This document shows positions 11,420 to 23,900 of a DNA stretch of 64,000 nt, piece after piece; position 1 is the first letter of the stretch; each line of letters opens with the position of its first letter. The notes beneath the pieces were generated by a model that was given only the letters and a program-made list of their open reading frames with translations, did not search any database and was not told the DNA's origin. Source of the stretch: Podarcis gaigeae (Eukaryota); NCBI GenBank assembly GCA_964106915.2, contig OZ066931.1. The stretch is one strand, 5' to 3'. The translations under genes and the position numbers were made by a program.

Positions 11420-11900
11420 AGCCAAAGGCCGCGCCCGCCCCTTCCTCCCGCCTCGCGCCCGACAGTAACCCCGGCAACGCCTCCTCCTCCGTCCCCCCTC
11501 CCTCCCTGGGTCTCTCCTGTCTGAAGGCAGCCAATGAGAAGCGGGGATCCGCCTCGCGCTCGGGACGCCGCCCTTCCTCCCCAATAGGAAACGGTTTCCC
11601 CCTCCCTCCTCCCCCTCCCCCTCCGAGACGCCGCCCTCTCGCGTGGGGGGGGGCGGGGAGGCGTGAGTAACCTTTGCCTCAGTTACGCTTCGGAGCCGCT
11701 CGCTCCGCCCCCTGCCACCTGTTAAGCCAATGAGGCGCGGGAGCTGGCGGCCCGGAGGCCAATAGGCCTGAGAGGCGGGGCGCCGCGGGGGGGGCGTGGC
11801 TTGGGTGAGGGGGCCGCCGCGCCGCCGCCGGTGCTGCCAGTGCCGTTGCCGGGCGTCGAGAGGGGTCACCAGAGCGGGTCCAGTCGGGCGGGCGGAGAAG
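11420..11900 (+). promoter_or_regulatory. LPCAT3 CpG-island promoter with CCAAT and GC boxes, a DR4 (LXRE) and a DR1 (PPRE)
   Basis: CCAAT at 11531, 11581, 11727, 11759. DR4 CGCCCG-acag-TAACCC at 11456-11471. DR1 on minus strand AACT-GAGGCA-A-AGGTTA at 11668-11684. Confidence 0.75.
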
Positions 11901-14900
11901 ATGGCGGACGAGGGCGGCGGCGCCGGTTTCCACATAGCCACCAGCCTGGCGGAGGTGGCGAGCTCGCTGGGCACCTCGGAGCAGGCGCTGCGCCTCATCC
12001 TGTCCATTTTCATGGGTGGGTAAGGGACGGGGCGGACCGGCGGGTGGTGGTGCTGCGCGAGAGAGGGAGGGAGGGGAGCGGGTCGTGGCTTGCGGGCGGG
12101 ACACCCCATTCCCACGTACCCCGCGCACACGTGTCTGGCATGGAGGAGGGCAGGCGGACCCTTCTCCGCGTGGAGCAGCTCACCTGTGGCACCAGGGATA
12201 GAGCCACACCCGCCAAAAGCCCAGTCCTCCTTCCTGCACATGGTCCAGCTGTTCCTATTTTCGTCTACAAGCCGCCTTGAGCCCCTGTCGGGGGGGGGGG
12301 GAGGGAAGCGGGGTAGGAATAAACAGAATAATTATAATAACCCGCATATTCTCTGAAATGCACTTCCTGGGAAAACTGGGAGGCAGCCTGTAGCATGTGG
12401 TTTACATGCAGAGGAAGTTGCGGGGGGGGGGGGGTTGTTGGGTTTTTTTGGTAGCCCGTTGCATCTGGAGGATCTTAATTGTTTTACAAGTACAGTTATA
12501 AGAATAAATCTTGAGGAGCAGGTGCTGGGAAAGAACTCTGCTGGGGAGCCACTGCTACTTCCTCTCAGTAGGCCACTGAGGGCTGCATGGAGAAATAGTC
12601 TGATTTACCATAAGGCTGCTTATCCTAAATTGGAGTTGTAGTGTGTGTGAGAAAGAGAGAAAACAGGAAATGGTGGGCTGCCCTTCTGTGTGGGCTTCTT
12701 AAAAGCATGTGGCTGGTCCCTTCGAAACAGGGAAAGGTTCTTCTGTTTGATCTAGCAAGGCTGTTCTTGTATATATACTGACCTCCATAGCCTTTCTGGT
12801 CTCTGTTCCCCTTGCCTTTGTTACAGATGTCTGCCATAGAGATTGGGATCAGCAAGTTGTTTGACTGACTGTCTGCCAAGGAAGGGGACAGCAAGACTTG
12901 CCTACTTTTAATAACTGTGTAGAAGACAGAACTTGAGTTAAGCAGTGTCTTTTCTGAGTCCTATGCAGTGGGTTTCACATACCAGTCTTCTCTCTCGGAA
13001 TCCATAAAAGCTTATGCTGTAATAAATCAGCTAGTCTTAAGGGTCCTGCAGAACTCTGTACTGTTTGTTTTACATAGCTGTCAAAGTCATGGGAACCCTA
13101 CTGTCCTTCATTACATGTATGGCAAAGGTGGCTAACCTCTAGGCCTCCAGGTGTTGTTGCAGATGGTGTGCTAGGGGAGGGGTAGTACCTCTGCTGGGGG
13201 ACACATCATGCTCCTTCTGGGGTACTTTGTCCTGTCCACCTTTGATCCTCACCCTGCACTCAGTTCTCACCTGTGGCTCCTAGATGCTGTTGGCATGTCA
13301 CAGCAGCCACACCCTGGGAAATGGCTTCAACTGGCTGGCTAAACCAGGTGAAGGCAGTTGATGGGTCTCAAATCCTTGGTGACTTAGGGACTTCCCCTGC
13401 ATGCAAAGACAGGCTCCGGCGGACTGAGCAGATGAAACCAATGGTGGGTCCAGTGGTCAAGTAGGCAGTTTCTGCACATGCCATAGAGGGAATTGAGGGG
13501 CAGATGAAGCTTGTCAGCCGGGAAAGGTAGCCCATCTAGGAGAAGGAAAACTCGGATCCTAAACCTCAGCTGCCTTGCGGGGCATCTTCAGGAGATGAAA
13601 AGGCTAAGTAGTAAACCCCACAAATCCGGAGTGGAGTTCCCGAGACAGTTGGATGGTGCCTTGTACACTTCATTTCGGCAACTCCTGCAGCCAAGCTGGT
13701 GCCAAATGTATTGCTTTGTTTTCCTTTGGACCATATCAGCAAGGCTGAGAGGGGAGTCTTCTCGTTTGGGCAACCCAGGACCTCCATACACACTGCCCAG
13801 GCTTGCCCCCCAGCAAGGCCGCTTCGGTGCTGCTAACGTAGTGGTTTGGCAGACAGACACCAACAACAATTCCCCATATCTCCTAAGCTTTGCTAACTGG
13901 AGCTAATGGGAGTTAAGAGTTCAACATCTGGAGGATCTTAGGTTAGCCACTCCTAATCTGCAATCACTCCTTGCGTACAGGTGTGTGAAATTAGCACCGA
14001 TCTGCCATTAAGAGAGCAGTGAGCACTGAATAAGGGCAGCATGGGTCCTTTCCTTTTTTCATGATTGCGGAGAAGGAGGAAGCAGAAACAGGTGCAGCTA
14101 CTTTACAAATGTTCTGTGCAGTTCTTAAAGGTGCATGAGTTCAGCTGCCTGCCTTCTGAATCAGCAATCACCCCCTGGCTACAGCTGCTGCGTCAAACTC
14201 CTGTGGTCTGCCTGCAGACCAAGTCTAGGGCAGAAAAATATACAGTATGAGTGACCTGGGAGCACATATGCATGTCATAAATGAGTAGTGCTGGAGTTGT
14301 AACCTGTGACACAGTTCTAAGCATACTTCCATTGACATATTTCAAAGTAGACGTGGTTAGGGCTGGAGAATTTCTAGTTCTGTCTGTCCTATTCCAAGTC
14401 CAGCACAACACAAGAAAAGAAAGGGCGGAAGGATTCCAGGTTATTTTTAGATGAAAGAAAGGTTATGTCTCCAAGCATCAGTGAAGATTGTGGGGGCACC
14501 ATGTTGAGTGCTGCACATTGCTGGGCTCATGGCACCACATGGAGATTGATAGGCAGGCTTGAAAGTAAAGGATGAGTCATAGCTATGTTTTGGATTTGTG
14601 GCTTCCCAACAGCCTTTACAATGGATCTGGATGGCTTAGGGTGGTTTTTCTGAATTCTGACAGTCTTCTAAGTCTAATTCACCTAAAACAGATACCCCAT
14701 TCACCCTTAGTCCTCTCTTTGGCAGGAAAGTGTATACCTTTGAATTTGTGTGTGCCATCTGCTGCTGTGCATAAGGATCTGTACGTTGGGGCATGAATCA
14801 AACTTGGCATTAGAAGTGAACAATTACAGGACATCTCAAATTTCCTCCTAAAGCCAGCTAGCCAGACGGCTTGGAGAGGCACTGCTATGGCAGGAACTTG

Positions 14901-17900
14901 CATGTGTTCTTTATCTCTCTCCAGCTCTCATGGTTAATATACGTTTTGGTGGCACAAAGCTAAGAGGAAAGCATATCTGTGTTCCACAGAAGCCATCTTT
15001 GCAGTTTTGTGTGTGTGTTCCCAGGGTAAAAAGATTCCCAGTCCCTCAACTCAGTGCTGCAGTGTTAGAATGTTAGTCTTTTTCTGTGTTCCTTTGAATC
15101 TCTTGGCATTCTGAAATGTGGATGGTGGACTCTTTTTTCCAGGGAGACCTGTACAGTTAAATATGAATCACTATCACCAGGCTTAGGGACGCGGGTGGCG
15201 CTGTGGGTAAAACCTCAGCGCCTAGGACTTGCCGATCGCATGGTCGGCGGTTCGAATCCCTGTGGCGGGGTGCGCTCCCGCTGCTCGGTCCCAGCGCCTG
15301 CCAACCTAGCAGTTCGAAAGCACCCCCGGGTGCAAGTAGATAAATAGGGACCGCTTACCAGCGGGAAGGTAACCGGCGTTCCGTGTGCTGCGCTGGCTCG
15401 CCAGATGCAGCTTGTCACGCTGGCCACGTGACCCGGAAGTGTCTGGGGACAGCACTGGCTCCCAGTGTGAGATGAGCGCACAACCCTAGAGTCTGGCAAG
15501 ACTGGCCCGTACGGGCAGGGGTACCTTTACCTTTACCTTTTATCACCAGGCTTAATTTTAAAATGTTTTGGTTTTTAGATGTTTAGGAATGCATATCAAA
15601 GGAAAAAGATAACTGACTGTGTTCAGTTTAACTAGGAGGACTGTATCTTAATTGTGCAAATGAAAACTAGCTCTGGGTTTATGTAAAGACGTCTGAGGGG
15701 GAAACCTTAGGTGGTAAGACTCCAAGATGGAACCACTGTGCTTTCAAACAGGATAGTGGTGATACTTCCAATGAAGCAATGCTCTAGGAACCTATTTATG
15801 GTTTCCCTTATTTGCTTTTGCCAATCACTTCTTAAAACCAACTACTTCGGTTTAATTTTTCTACATGTCTTAGTCTCAGTTTAGACCAAGCATGATCGTG
15901 TGTGTTTTCTCAGAAGTCTTGCTAGGTTTAATGAGGCTTCAACCTTTATTAGGAAGCAAGACGTATTGAAGTCGCTTACAAATAAACATGCATAAGATTG
16001 GCAGCAAGGCCATGTTCCTATGCACAACTAGATAACTGTAAATTCTGTTTAATTTAGGGGACTTCATTCCTAATGCCTAATGTGCCCATAACTGGAGTAT
16101 GAGAGTAGTGTAATCCTTAGGATGCTTTGAATTTTAATACGTAGCATTTTCAGTGTGCACCTGATTTCCCCATTAGAGACCACATGTCTATAAGTAAAAG
16201 GTTTGCATTGCACATACTGTGGAGAAGCATCCAAACCTGACTGGGAACTCTGCTAAGGTGTGGCTGTCTTAACTAACAGGATCATGTGGGAAAGTTGGAT
16301 CCCTGTTAATTATTGAGTAGGGCGAGGCAGATCTGCTGATCTTGCTATCAACTGATCTCACGTGAGAAGTATTGTGTAAATGTACTGCACTCCAGAGGTT
16401 GAGCATTGTCAAAATGCAGCACATCTTTCTTGAGCCACACAATTCCTTCCTCACTTTGATGGTTAAGAACATTATTGCTAATTTCAGGAGGCTCTTACTA
16501 ATTTCTTTCTCTTGATCCTCACTTGCAGGTATTCTGGGATGATTTTGTAAATGAAACAGGAACCAGTCTCCTCTTACAGAACCTCCCAGTTTGCCAAACT
16601 CACAGTGGCCACCCAGTTTCCAGAATGTGCCAGAGCCTGTGACCATGATCAGCATGTCACTTGCACCGCCACACTCTCATCCCTTAGGTCAGGGAATAAT
16701 TAACTTGTGGTCCTCCAGATGTGGTCCTACTATTCCCAACACCTGTGACTATTCACCATGCTTCTTGGGGCTGATGGGAGTCCAGTAACATCTGGAGGGG
16801 GACAGGTACCCACCTCTGCCTTATCAGGTAATGGAATGAAAGAAGACAAGTATCCACCGACTTCTTTCCCAAACAAGCTTCTTGCCCTCTTTTTCTTCTC
16901 ATTGGGGCACCAGATTTCTCCTAACCCCTGACACCTGTCAGCAGTTTCTTCCCACTAAGGCTTGATGCAGAGCCCTTCTTTCGTGGGCTATTCCCTTCTG
17001 GTCATTGCAGAATAGTTCATTCCTGCAATAACTTTTGCCATTTCTATCCATGCATCGTGTTTTTATGAACAGAGTGAGAGGAGATTTAAAGGGATTGACA
17101 GAATAAATATTAGAAAGAAAAAACACTTGGACGTGTTTTAAATCTAGACCCAGATCATTTTTTAAGCTTTTTTTATCTGTATCTGTTTTGAAGTGTGCAC
17201 CTTACTCTTGTGTTCCTTACAAAGATAAAATAGCCTGTCTATCTCAGATGTATCTAATGCTGGTTACATCAATCTTGTGTAACTGATGCTGGTTACATCA
17301 GTCTTGTTTATAAGATTAGTGATGGTGTGTGTTATGGCCAATCTCCTTCTCCACTTGCCAGAGCTGCTCCACCTGCCCTGTCTCTTGCCTTCTGTTCCCT
17401 ACCCCAGTGTTTCCCAACCTTGTTTCTTTCCTGTGCCCCCCAGGGGGACAGCTGCTCCTCCAATAAGTAAAAATCAATACAAATCTGAGGTTCTGCGTCC
17501 CCCCAACAAAAATCCTGGCTATGCCCACGTGTCCCCCCATCCTACCGGTAGAAAGGTAGCTATTTAAATGTTTTGTTTGTAAATAGAACAAGTTTCATTT
17601 ATAATTTTGATAATTGATACAAAATACAATTACATAAAATGATAGGATCATAATGAAATATTGTTGAAGCAGAAGAACACAGAATCATGGAGCTGGAAGG
17701 GACCCCAAGGGTCATTTTTCTAGTCCATCTCACTGCTATGTAGGAAACTCGGCTAAAGCATCCATGACAGATGGCCACCCAACCTCTGCTTAGAAACCTC
17801 CAAGGAAGCAGAGTCCAGAACCTCCCGAAGGAGATCCATCTTCTGTGAATTATAAAAAGTAAACAATGATTATTTGACCCCAGTTATTTGACACGAGGTG

Positions 17901-20900
17901 GGGGGGGGGGCTACAGATATAGTCCAAAAGGCGCACGGGGAGTTCTGCATACAGTGGTGCCCCACAAGACGAACGCCTCGCAAGACGGAAAACCCGCTAG
18001 ACGAAAGGGTTTTCCGTTTTGGAGGCACTTCGCAAAACGAATTTCCCTATGGGCTTGCTTCGCAAGACGAAAAAGTCTTGCAAGTTCCTTCGGGTTTTTT
18101 TCCCTCCCCCCCTTTTCCTAAGCCGCTAAGCCGCTTAACAGCTGATCGCTAAAAGCCGCTAAACCGCTAATAGCGCTAATCCGCTAAGCTGTCAATGGGC
18201 TTGCTTCGCAAGACGAAAAAACCGCTATACGAAGAGCCTCACGGAACGGATTAATTTCATCTTGCGAGGCACTACTGTATATGGGAGAATTTTAAAAGGC
18301 TTCACTGTCCTGGTGCAAAAAGATCTTGTCATCCGGAGGGGCCCTGGCTGCCTAGATAAAACACTGTAGCCCCAAACACACTTACCTGGGAGTAAGGTCC
18401 ACTGAATTCAGTGCAGCTTTCTTTTGAGTAGACGCTTACCAGATGCAAGTCAGCAGCATCAGATCCCCCTCGTCTAGACGGTGGGATGGATTGCACCCTG
18501 CACCTTGCAGAGTCAGGCCCAGGCTGCCACCAGGTCCCGCACTGGCAGCAGCAACAAGCAGCCCTGGCTCTCCTAGCCCTACCCATTGCCACCACACCTG
18601 AGCTGGGAGTTCTGGATCGCAAGCTCTACTGGTCAAAACGGGAGCCTCAGCGATTGCCCTCTCCCACTGGAAACAAACCAGGACAGCTCCAAGAAAACAC
18701 ACGTGGCAAAAAGGAGTATTAGTCCCTGGTGGGCTGCCCCTTACGCGCTTGTGACTGGCCAAGCGGATAGCCAGTCAATCAGGATTTTAAAAAATAATGA
18801 TTTCCCCTTCTTCACTTCTCACTTCCCTCTGTGGCCCCCTAGGCTCGTGCTATGCCCCCCCCCCCCAATTTGTGTGATTTTAACTTGTGGCCCCCTTGGA
18901 ATATCCTGGGGGGCCCCAGGGGGCCGTATGGCCCCCAAGTTGGGAAACACTGCTCAGCCCTACCCAGCTCCATTGCCTTTAAGTTATGCTAAGGTAACGG
19001 CTCTGCAGGGCTGCATATGTGGGACACTGTGACTGTTCCCTTGTCTGTAAACAGACAATTCACTATCTCTCTGCCAGGCAAGGTGGTTGTACTTCAAGGT
19101 GCCCACTCAGGAGCCACTGGGCACACGGAACTCCTAGTAAGCGTAAGCTACAGCACTTTACAAAATGCCCTGTACAGTCATTCATTCTGCAAATGCAATC
19201 CTATATGGCATGAGCTGTATCGTAATTGGATCTTGCCCTAGCTTCACCTGTGCTTTCAGCACCACACCTTATTGGAGGCAGCTTTACTCAGGTGAGCGTT
19301 GGATTAAAAGTGCATTTATGTCAATGGGCTTTGTGTAAGATCTACAGGAAGACAGCATTTTGAACTAATACGGGGATGTCTGGTAACCTTTCTCTAGTAC
19401 TCTTTTGGTACTTGAAGTGAAAAGTTAGCCTTCAGCACTAGCATGTCGGCTGCCCCAGCATTTGGGGCTTTTGTTCCCAGCTGTCTAGTGATACTATGAT
19501 ATCAGCATTCTGTACCTCTCACACTCCTCCTACGTGTTTTCATGTCTCTGGATGCATTGATACGGAGGGATGCAAACAAGATTTGCAGTGCACAAAGTCT
19601 GCTATGTTTCCATCAACTCACTTTTGACTGTGTGCTCGTTCCACAGCCTGTCCCTGAGAGGAAGGGTTTGCTACTGATAGCTCAGTTGGTTAGAGTGATG
19701 CTAACAATGCCACGGTTGCAGGTTTAATCCCCATACGGGACAGCAGCACATTCCTGTATTGCAGACGGCTGGACTAGATTATCCTCAGGCTCTACGATTC
19801 TATGATCTTGAGTTGGGTCATTGGTTTATTAGCCCAGTACTGCTCACTCTGATTGGCAGCAGCTTCCCAAGATGTTGGAAAGACGTTGATATTAACTAGC
19901 GCAGGAACCTGAGATGTTTTTACTGGAGGGGCTGGAAATAGAACCTGGGACATTCAGCATGCAACACCTGTTCTGTACCAGATGGCCCTTCCCAGGTGAG
20001 CATTGCCAGGGCCTCAGGAAGTCTAATGTTGGACTATATAACATTCTTTTGGATACATGTTGAGGTCAGGGATGGCCATGCCAGGAGAGAAGCTGAGGGG
20101 GCAGTTTGGGGTCACTAAGAAAGGGATCAGAATAGGAGAAATACAAATTTAACACACGGCGTACATTTGATTGGGGAGTTCTGTGCAAACCCCATTGTCA
20201 CGTACCGCTGGTGCAGCTCCGAACTGTATCAGATAGGGCCCGACAGGATAATTCCCGCAAACATTGATCCCTCTTATCTTATTTTTAATTACAGGAATTT
20301 CTGCCCTGCTTCTCAAATAATTCCTAGGGTGACTTACGGTACTATAATACAAAATCCAATAAAACATTTAAAATGTATGAAGGCACTCTAAAAATATAAG
20401 AAGGTAGCAACAAATCACCAGCCGAGACAAAAACTGGTTGGGCTAAGAGGCCTGGAAAATAGCCTCTGCTTGCTGCTGAAATGATTTCAAAGGAGGCACC
20501 AGGTCAGCCTCCTGGAGGAGAGCGGCCCACTGTTGGGGTGCCATAGCCAGGAAGGGCCAGTCCCCAGCTGGATGTGGGTCACATCTCCAGTAGAAGGGAA
20601 CCCAGAGACAGACCTCACTGAAGATCTAATGGGAGTGGACAGGGAAGGTGCTAGCAAGATCTCTTCCTGGTCCAGTGCTCTGTGTAAATACTACCTGCTT
20701 TTTCTTCATCAAGCTCCTAGGCAAAGCATCTGGTATTATGAGTACGTTGGAATCATGACTCTCAGTCTCATGGTATTCAGAGACTGTTAATTTATGTTAC
20801 AGATAGGTAGCCGTGTTGGTCTGCCATAGTCAAAACAAAAAAAAATTCCTTCCAGTAGCACCTTAAAGACCAACTAAGTCAGTTCTTGGTATGAGCTTTC

Positions 20901-23900
20901 GTGTGCATGCACACTTCTTCAGATACAATCTGATTCTTCAGATATATCTGAAGAAGTGTGCATGCACACGAAAGCTCATACCAAGAACTGACTTAGTTGG
21001 TCTTTAAGGTGCTACTGGAAGGATTTTTTTTTTGTTAATTTATGGTTGCTCTACGTTGTCAACTTTGCCAAGAACTTTGCCACATACCTCCTGTAGTCAG
21101 GAGCATTCTGAGAATCAGCATTTCTTTTGGAACGCCTTGCTTTTATGGCTGCAAAGATAAGTGTGGAGTGAATAGTGCCCGTGATTAATGACATCATTGC
21201 ATTGGCAAGGGGTCATAAGGACAATAACCCACATTGCGTACCAGAACACTTGTGTGTGAATTTATCCCTTAAAATTACTGCTTGGTCCTGGATCTTGATA
21301 GCTAGTTGTTTTTTTAGTTTGAGAGAAGAGAAGCAGTGCATCTGTGGCTGGAGACCGGCATTAGTTTGTCTTCCGCTTTCCAGGAAAGTTGAAGTGTGGC
21401 AGCCCTTGCAGCTCAGGGTGCTCTTAGAAATAAGCACTCACCAACTTACTTCTTTTTATCCTACAATCATTACTGGGAAACTAAGGTTTTGCAGATTTCT
21501 ACAGTGCTTCAGAAACTTGTTTCACCAGAGGTGCAAGTGTGCTAAATTGTTGTGTCATGCTTCATCTCACTTTCTTTTTAAAAAATCTAGTATCTGCAGT
21601 CTAAAAGCTCCCAAGAATGTGGGCTGCTGCTAATTCTGCTAAAAGGATTAGGTGGCACAGAACAAGACTAATGGGATTTGAACCTTTGATTCCATTAGTA
21701 AATCATTAAACCTGAGGGTGGGGAGTAGGAAGATCTGAACCTTGAGGCTTGAAGCCTTTGGGCTATAAACCTGTGTATTTGTCAATGTGTTTAATTTCAA
21801 AACAAACAAAAAAGTGGAGTACAACCTCACAGGATTGGTATGAGGGTAAATGCGAGAGAAGTTGTAGCTGTGCTATGTATCTGATATTAAAATAATCCAG
21901 AAAGCTCTCTAGGAGGCTCATAAATAAACCACTTCTTCAGGGGAAAGGAGTGTGAGATCCAGTTACAATGTCACTTGGTTACCAGGTAATATTTATAGCA
22001 TGGCTGGTTGTACTGGAGAGCAATGGCAAAAATATGGCTTGTGGGGTAGATTACACTACTAGAATCTAGTTCATTGTACAACTGACTGAAATGTGCAACC
22101 GACAGTCATGAATTGGGGGGGGGGGAGAGAGAAGAGGTGAGGCAAGGGGGGCTCTTGGTTAGTTGCAGTTCAGAGCGTTGAAGGTCTTGATGCAGACTTA
22201 CAAAACGTTAGAGAGAGTAAAACTTGTGTAATCAGTAAACTGCCTGAATACAAGATAGTCGACTGAGGAAATTTTACTGGTAAGTTTATCGTCGGCGTTT
22301 TGGAATGAGATGTGTGTGAAGCAAATCATTTTAATTTACACGGGTTCTTTGGGATGGCACATGGCATTTTGGTCTGTCCTGCACCCTAGAATACATTGCA
22401 GCTCATCACGGGTTCTTGGTGAACTCCAGCTCCCCAACATCCAGGTCATGGGGGCGGGTGGGGGTAGCAAGTTTTGCCGCTTCTGCAACAGTGTCTCCAA
22501 ATGCAGCACTTTAGTTCTTCCTCCATAGGACTGAACTGAAAAAAAGTAAAGGTGTGTTTAGAGTATCAGCCAAAGCTTCGCCCAGTCCTTTCTTCCAAAG
22601 CTCTGTTTCTTAGTCATTTTAAATTGTTGAGTACAGAGAGAAAGATGTGGCAGCATCACAGTGAATTGTGCTAAAAGAACATTTTATTATTATCATTATT
22701 TATTAAATTTGTATACCACTCTGAAGATCGCATCATCACTTATCAGCATTAGTATGCCTGGAGAGTATTCTGGGTGTGTGGAGAAACCAAGGATACTCGG
22801 CCATTGCCAACAGCCCAGTTAAAACTGACTCAGTGGGTGGTGATTTTTTTCTGTCTCCATGGGGCAGATCTTTATCAGGATTAGCCTTGGTGGGTCTGTT
22901 AGAAGATTGATGCAGTTTTCCAGGGTTTCTACTTCCAAAGAGTGTCTAAGTTTATTTTTTCTCTGATCATTACATAGTGTTGGACATCTGATGTAGTTCT
23001 CTTGTCATTGAGAACTGGTGCTCATTTAAAAATGCTGTCATATTTTTTGTATGGTTTGAAGTCTTTATAAAATTTTATCTGCCTCTTTTGGGGTTTTTAA
23101 TTTTGCTTTTTTCCTCAAAAAATGTTTATGGGTTCTCTCATTTTCTACTCATATTGAAATACTGCCCCTCAGTGAGTACAAACTTAATTCACAAAACATT
23201 TTGGGGTATGTGTACCCCTGCGTCGTCCCCCCCCAGAAAAAAAAACCCTGGAGCAAGGCACTGTTAACTTCCCTGTTCCTCCTTACAGAATGGGCTGAGT
23301 CTAGAAGATAGCCATGAGCTCACAGTAAAGTCTTATTTAGCTAATGTGAGTCCTAAATGGTCAATTTGGTGCACCCTCTGCGTCCCCTGGATAGTAGAAT
23401 AATCAAAAGGGAATGCTTTTATAGAATCCGTTTGTGTGCGTCTGGACTGATCTGTCTTCCTGTTCTTTCCCTATAGGATACCCTTTTGCCTTGTTCCAGC
23501 GCTATTTCCTTTTCCAGAAAGAGCTCTACCTCATACACCTGTACAACACGCTAACGGGGCTCTCGGTTGCCTACTTCAACTTTGGTAAGGGGGGCTGAGA
23601 AGATGGCTGCCCGACCAGTGAGTACCAGAGTGGGGGTGGGGGGGTGATGTTGCTTTTCCTTGCAGTTTCTAATTGTCTCACGTTTACCTCCTCAGGGCCG
23701 CAGTTCTGTCACTCCCTCATATGTGTCTTCGTTCAGTTTCTCATACTGAGGCTCATGGGCCGCACAGTCACTGCCGTCTGCACTTCCTTCTGCTTTCAGA
23801 TGGTAAACCTGTTCCTTCTGTGTGTTCCTCTCTGAGATTCTGATCTTGCTGCCTTTTGCTCTGCCCAGCAAGAGCTGAGCAGGAGCCCGGGGAGTGGGGG

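Noticed and set aside
12016-12025. Alternative LPCAT3 exon 1 donor GG|GTAAGG at 12020
   Set aside because: It would shift the frame relative to exon 2; the 12016 donor keeps the ORF.
11347-12356. Long overlapping ORFs (up to 295 aa) over the LPCAT3 promoter, and similar ones at 36543-37350
   Set aside because: GC-rich CpG-island artefacts with low-complexity P/R/G/A content.
12990-13060. Old Penelope-like terminus (AAAGCTTATGC...AATAAA...TAGTCTTAAGG)
   Set aside because: The CUGANGA core is lost, so it is not a ribozyme.
22169-22285. Strong donor CTG|GTAAGT in LPCAT3 intron 1
   Set aside because: No open in-phase frame and no promoter support; it cannot be told apart from a cryptic site.
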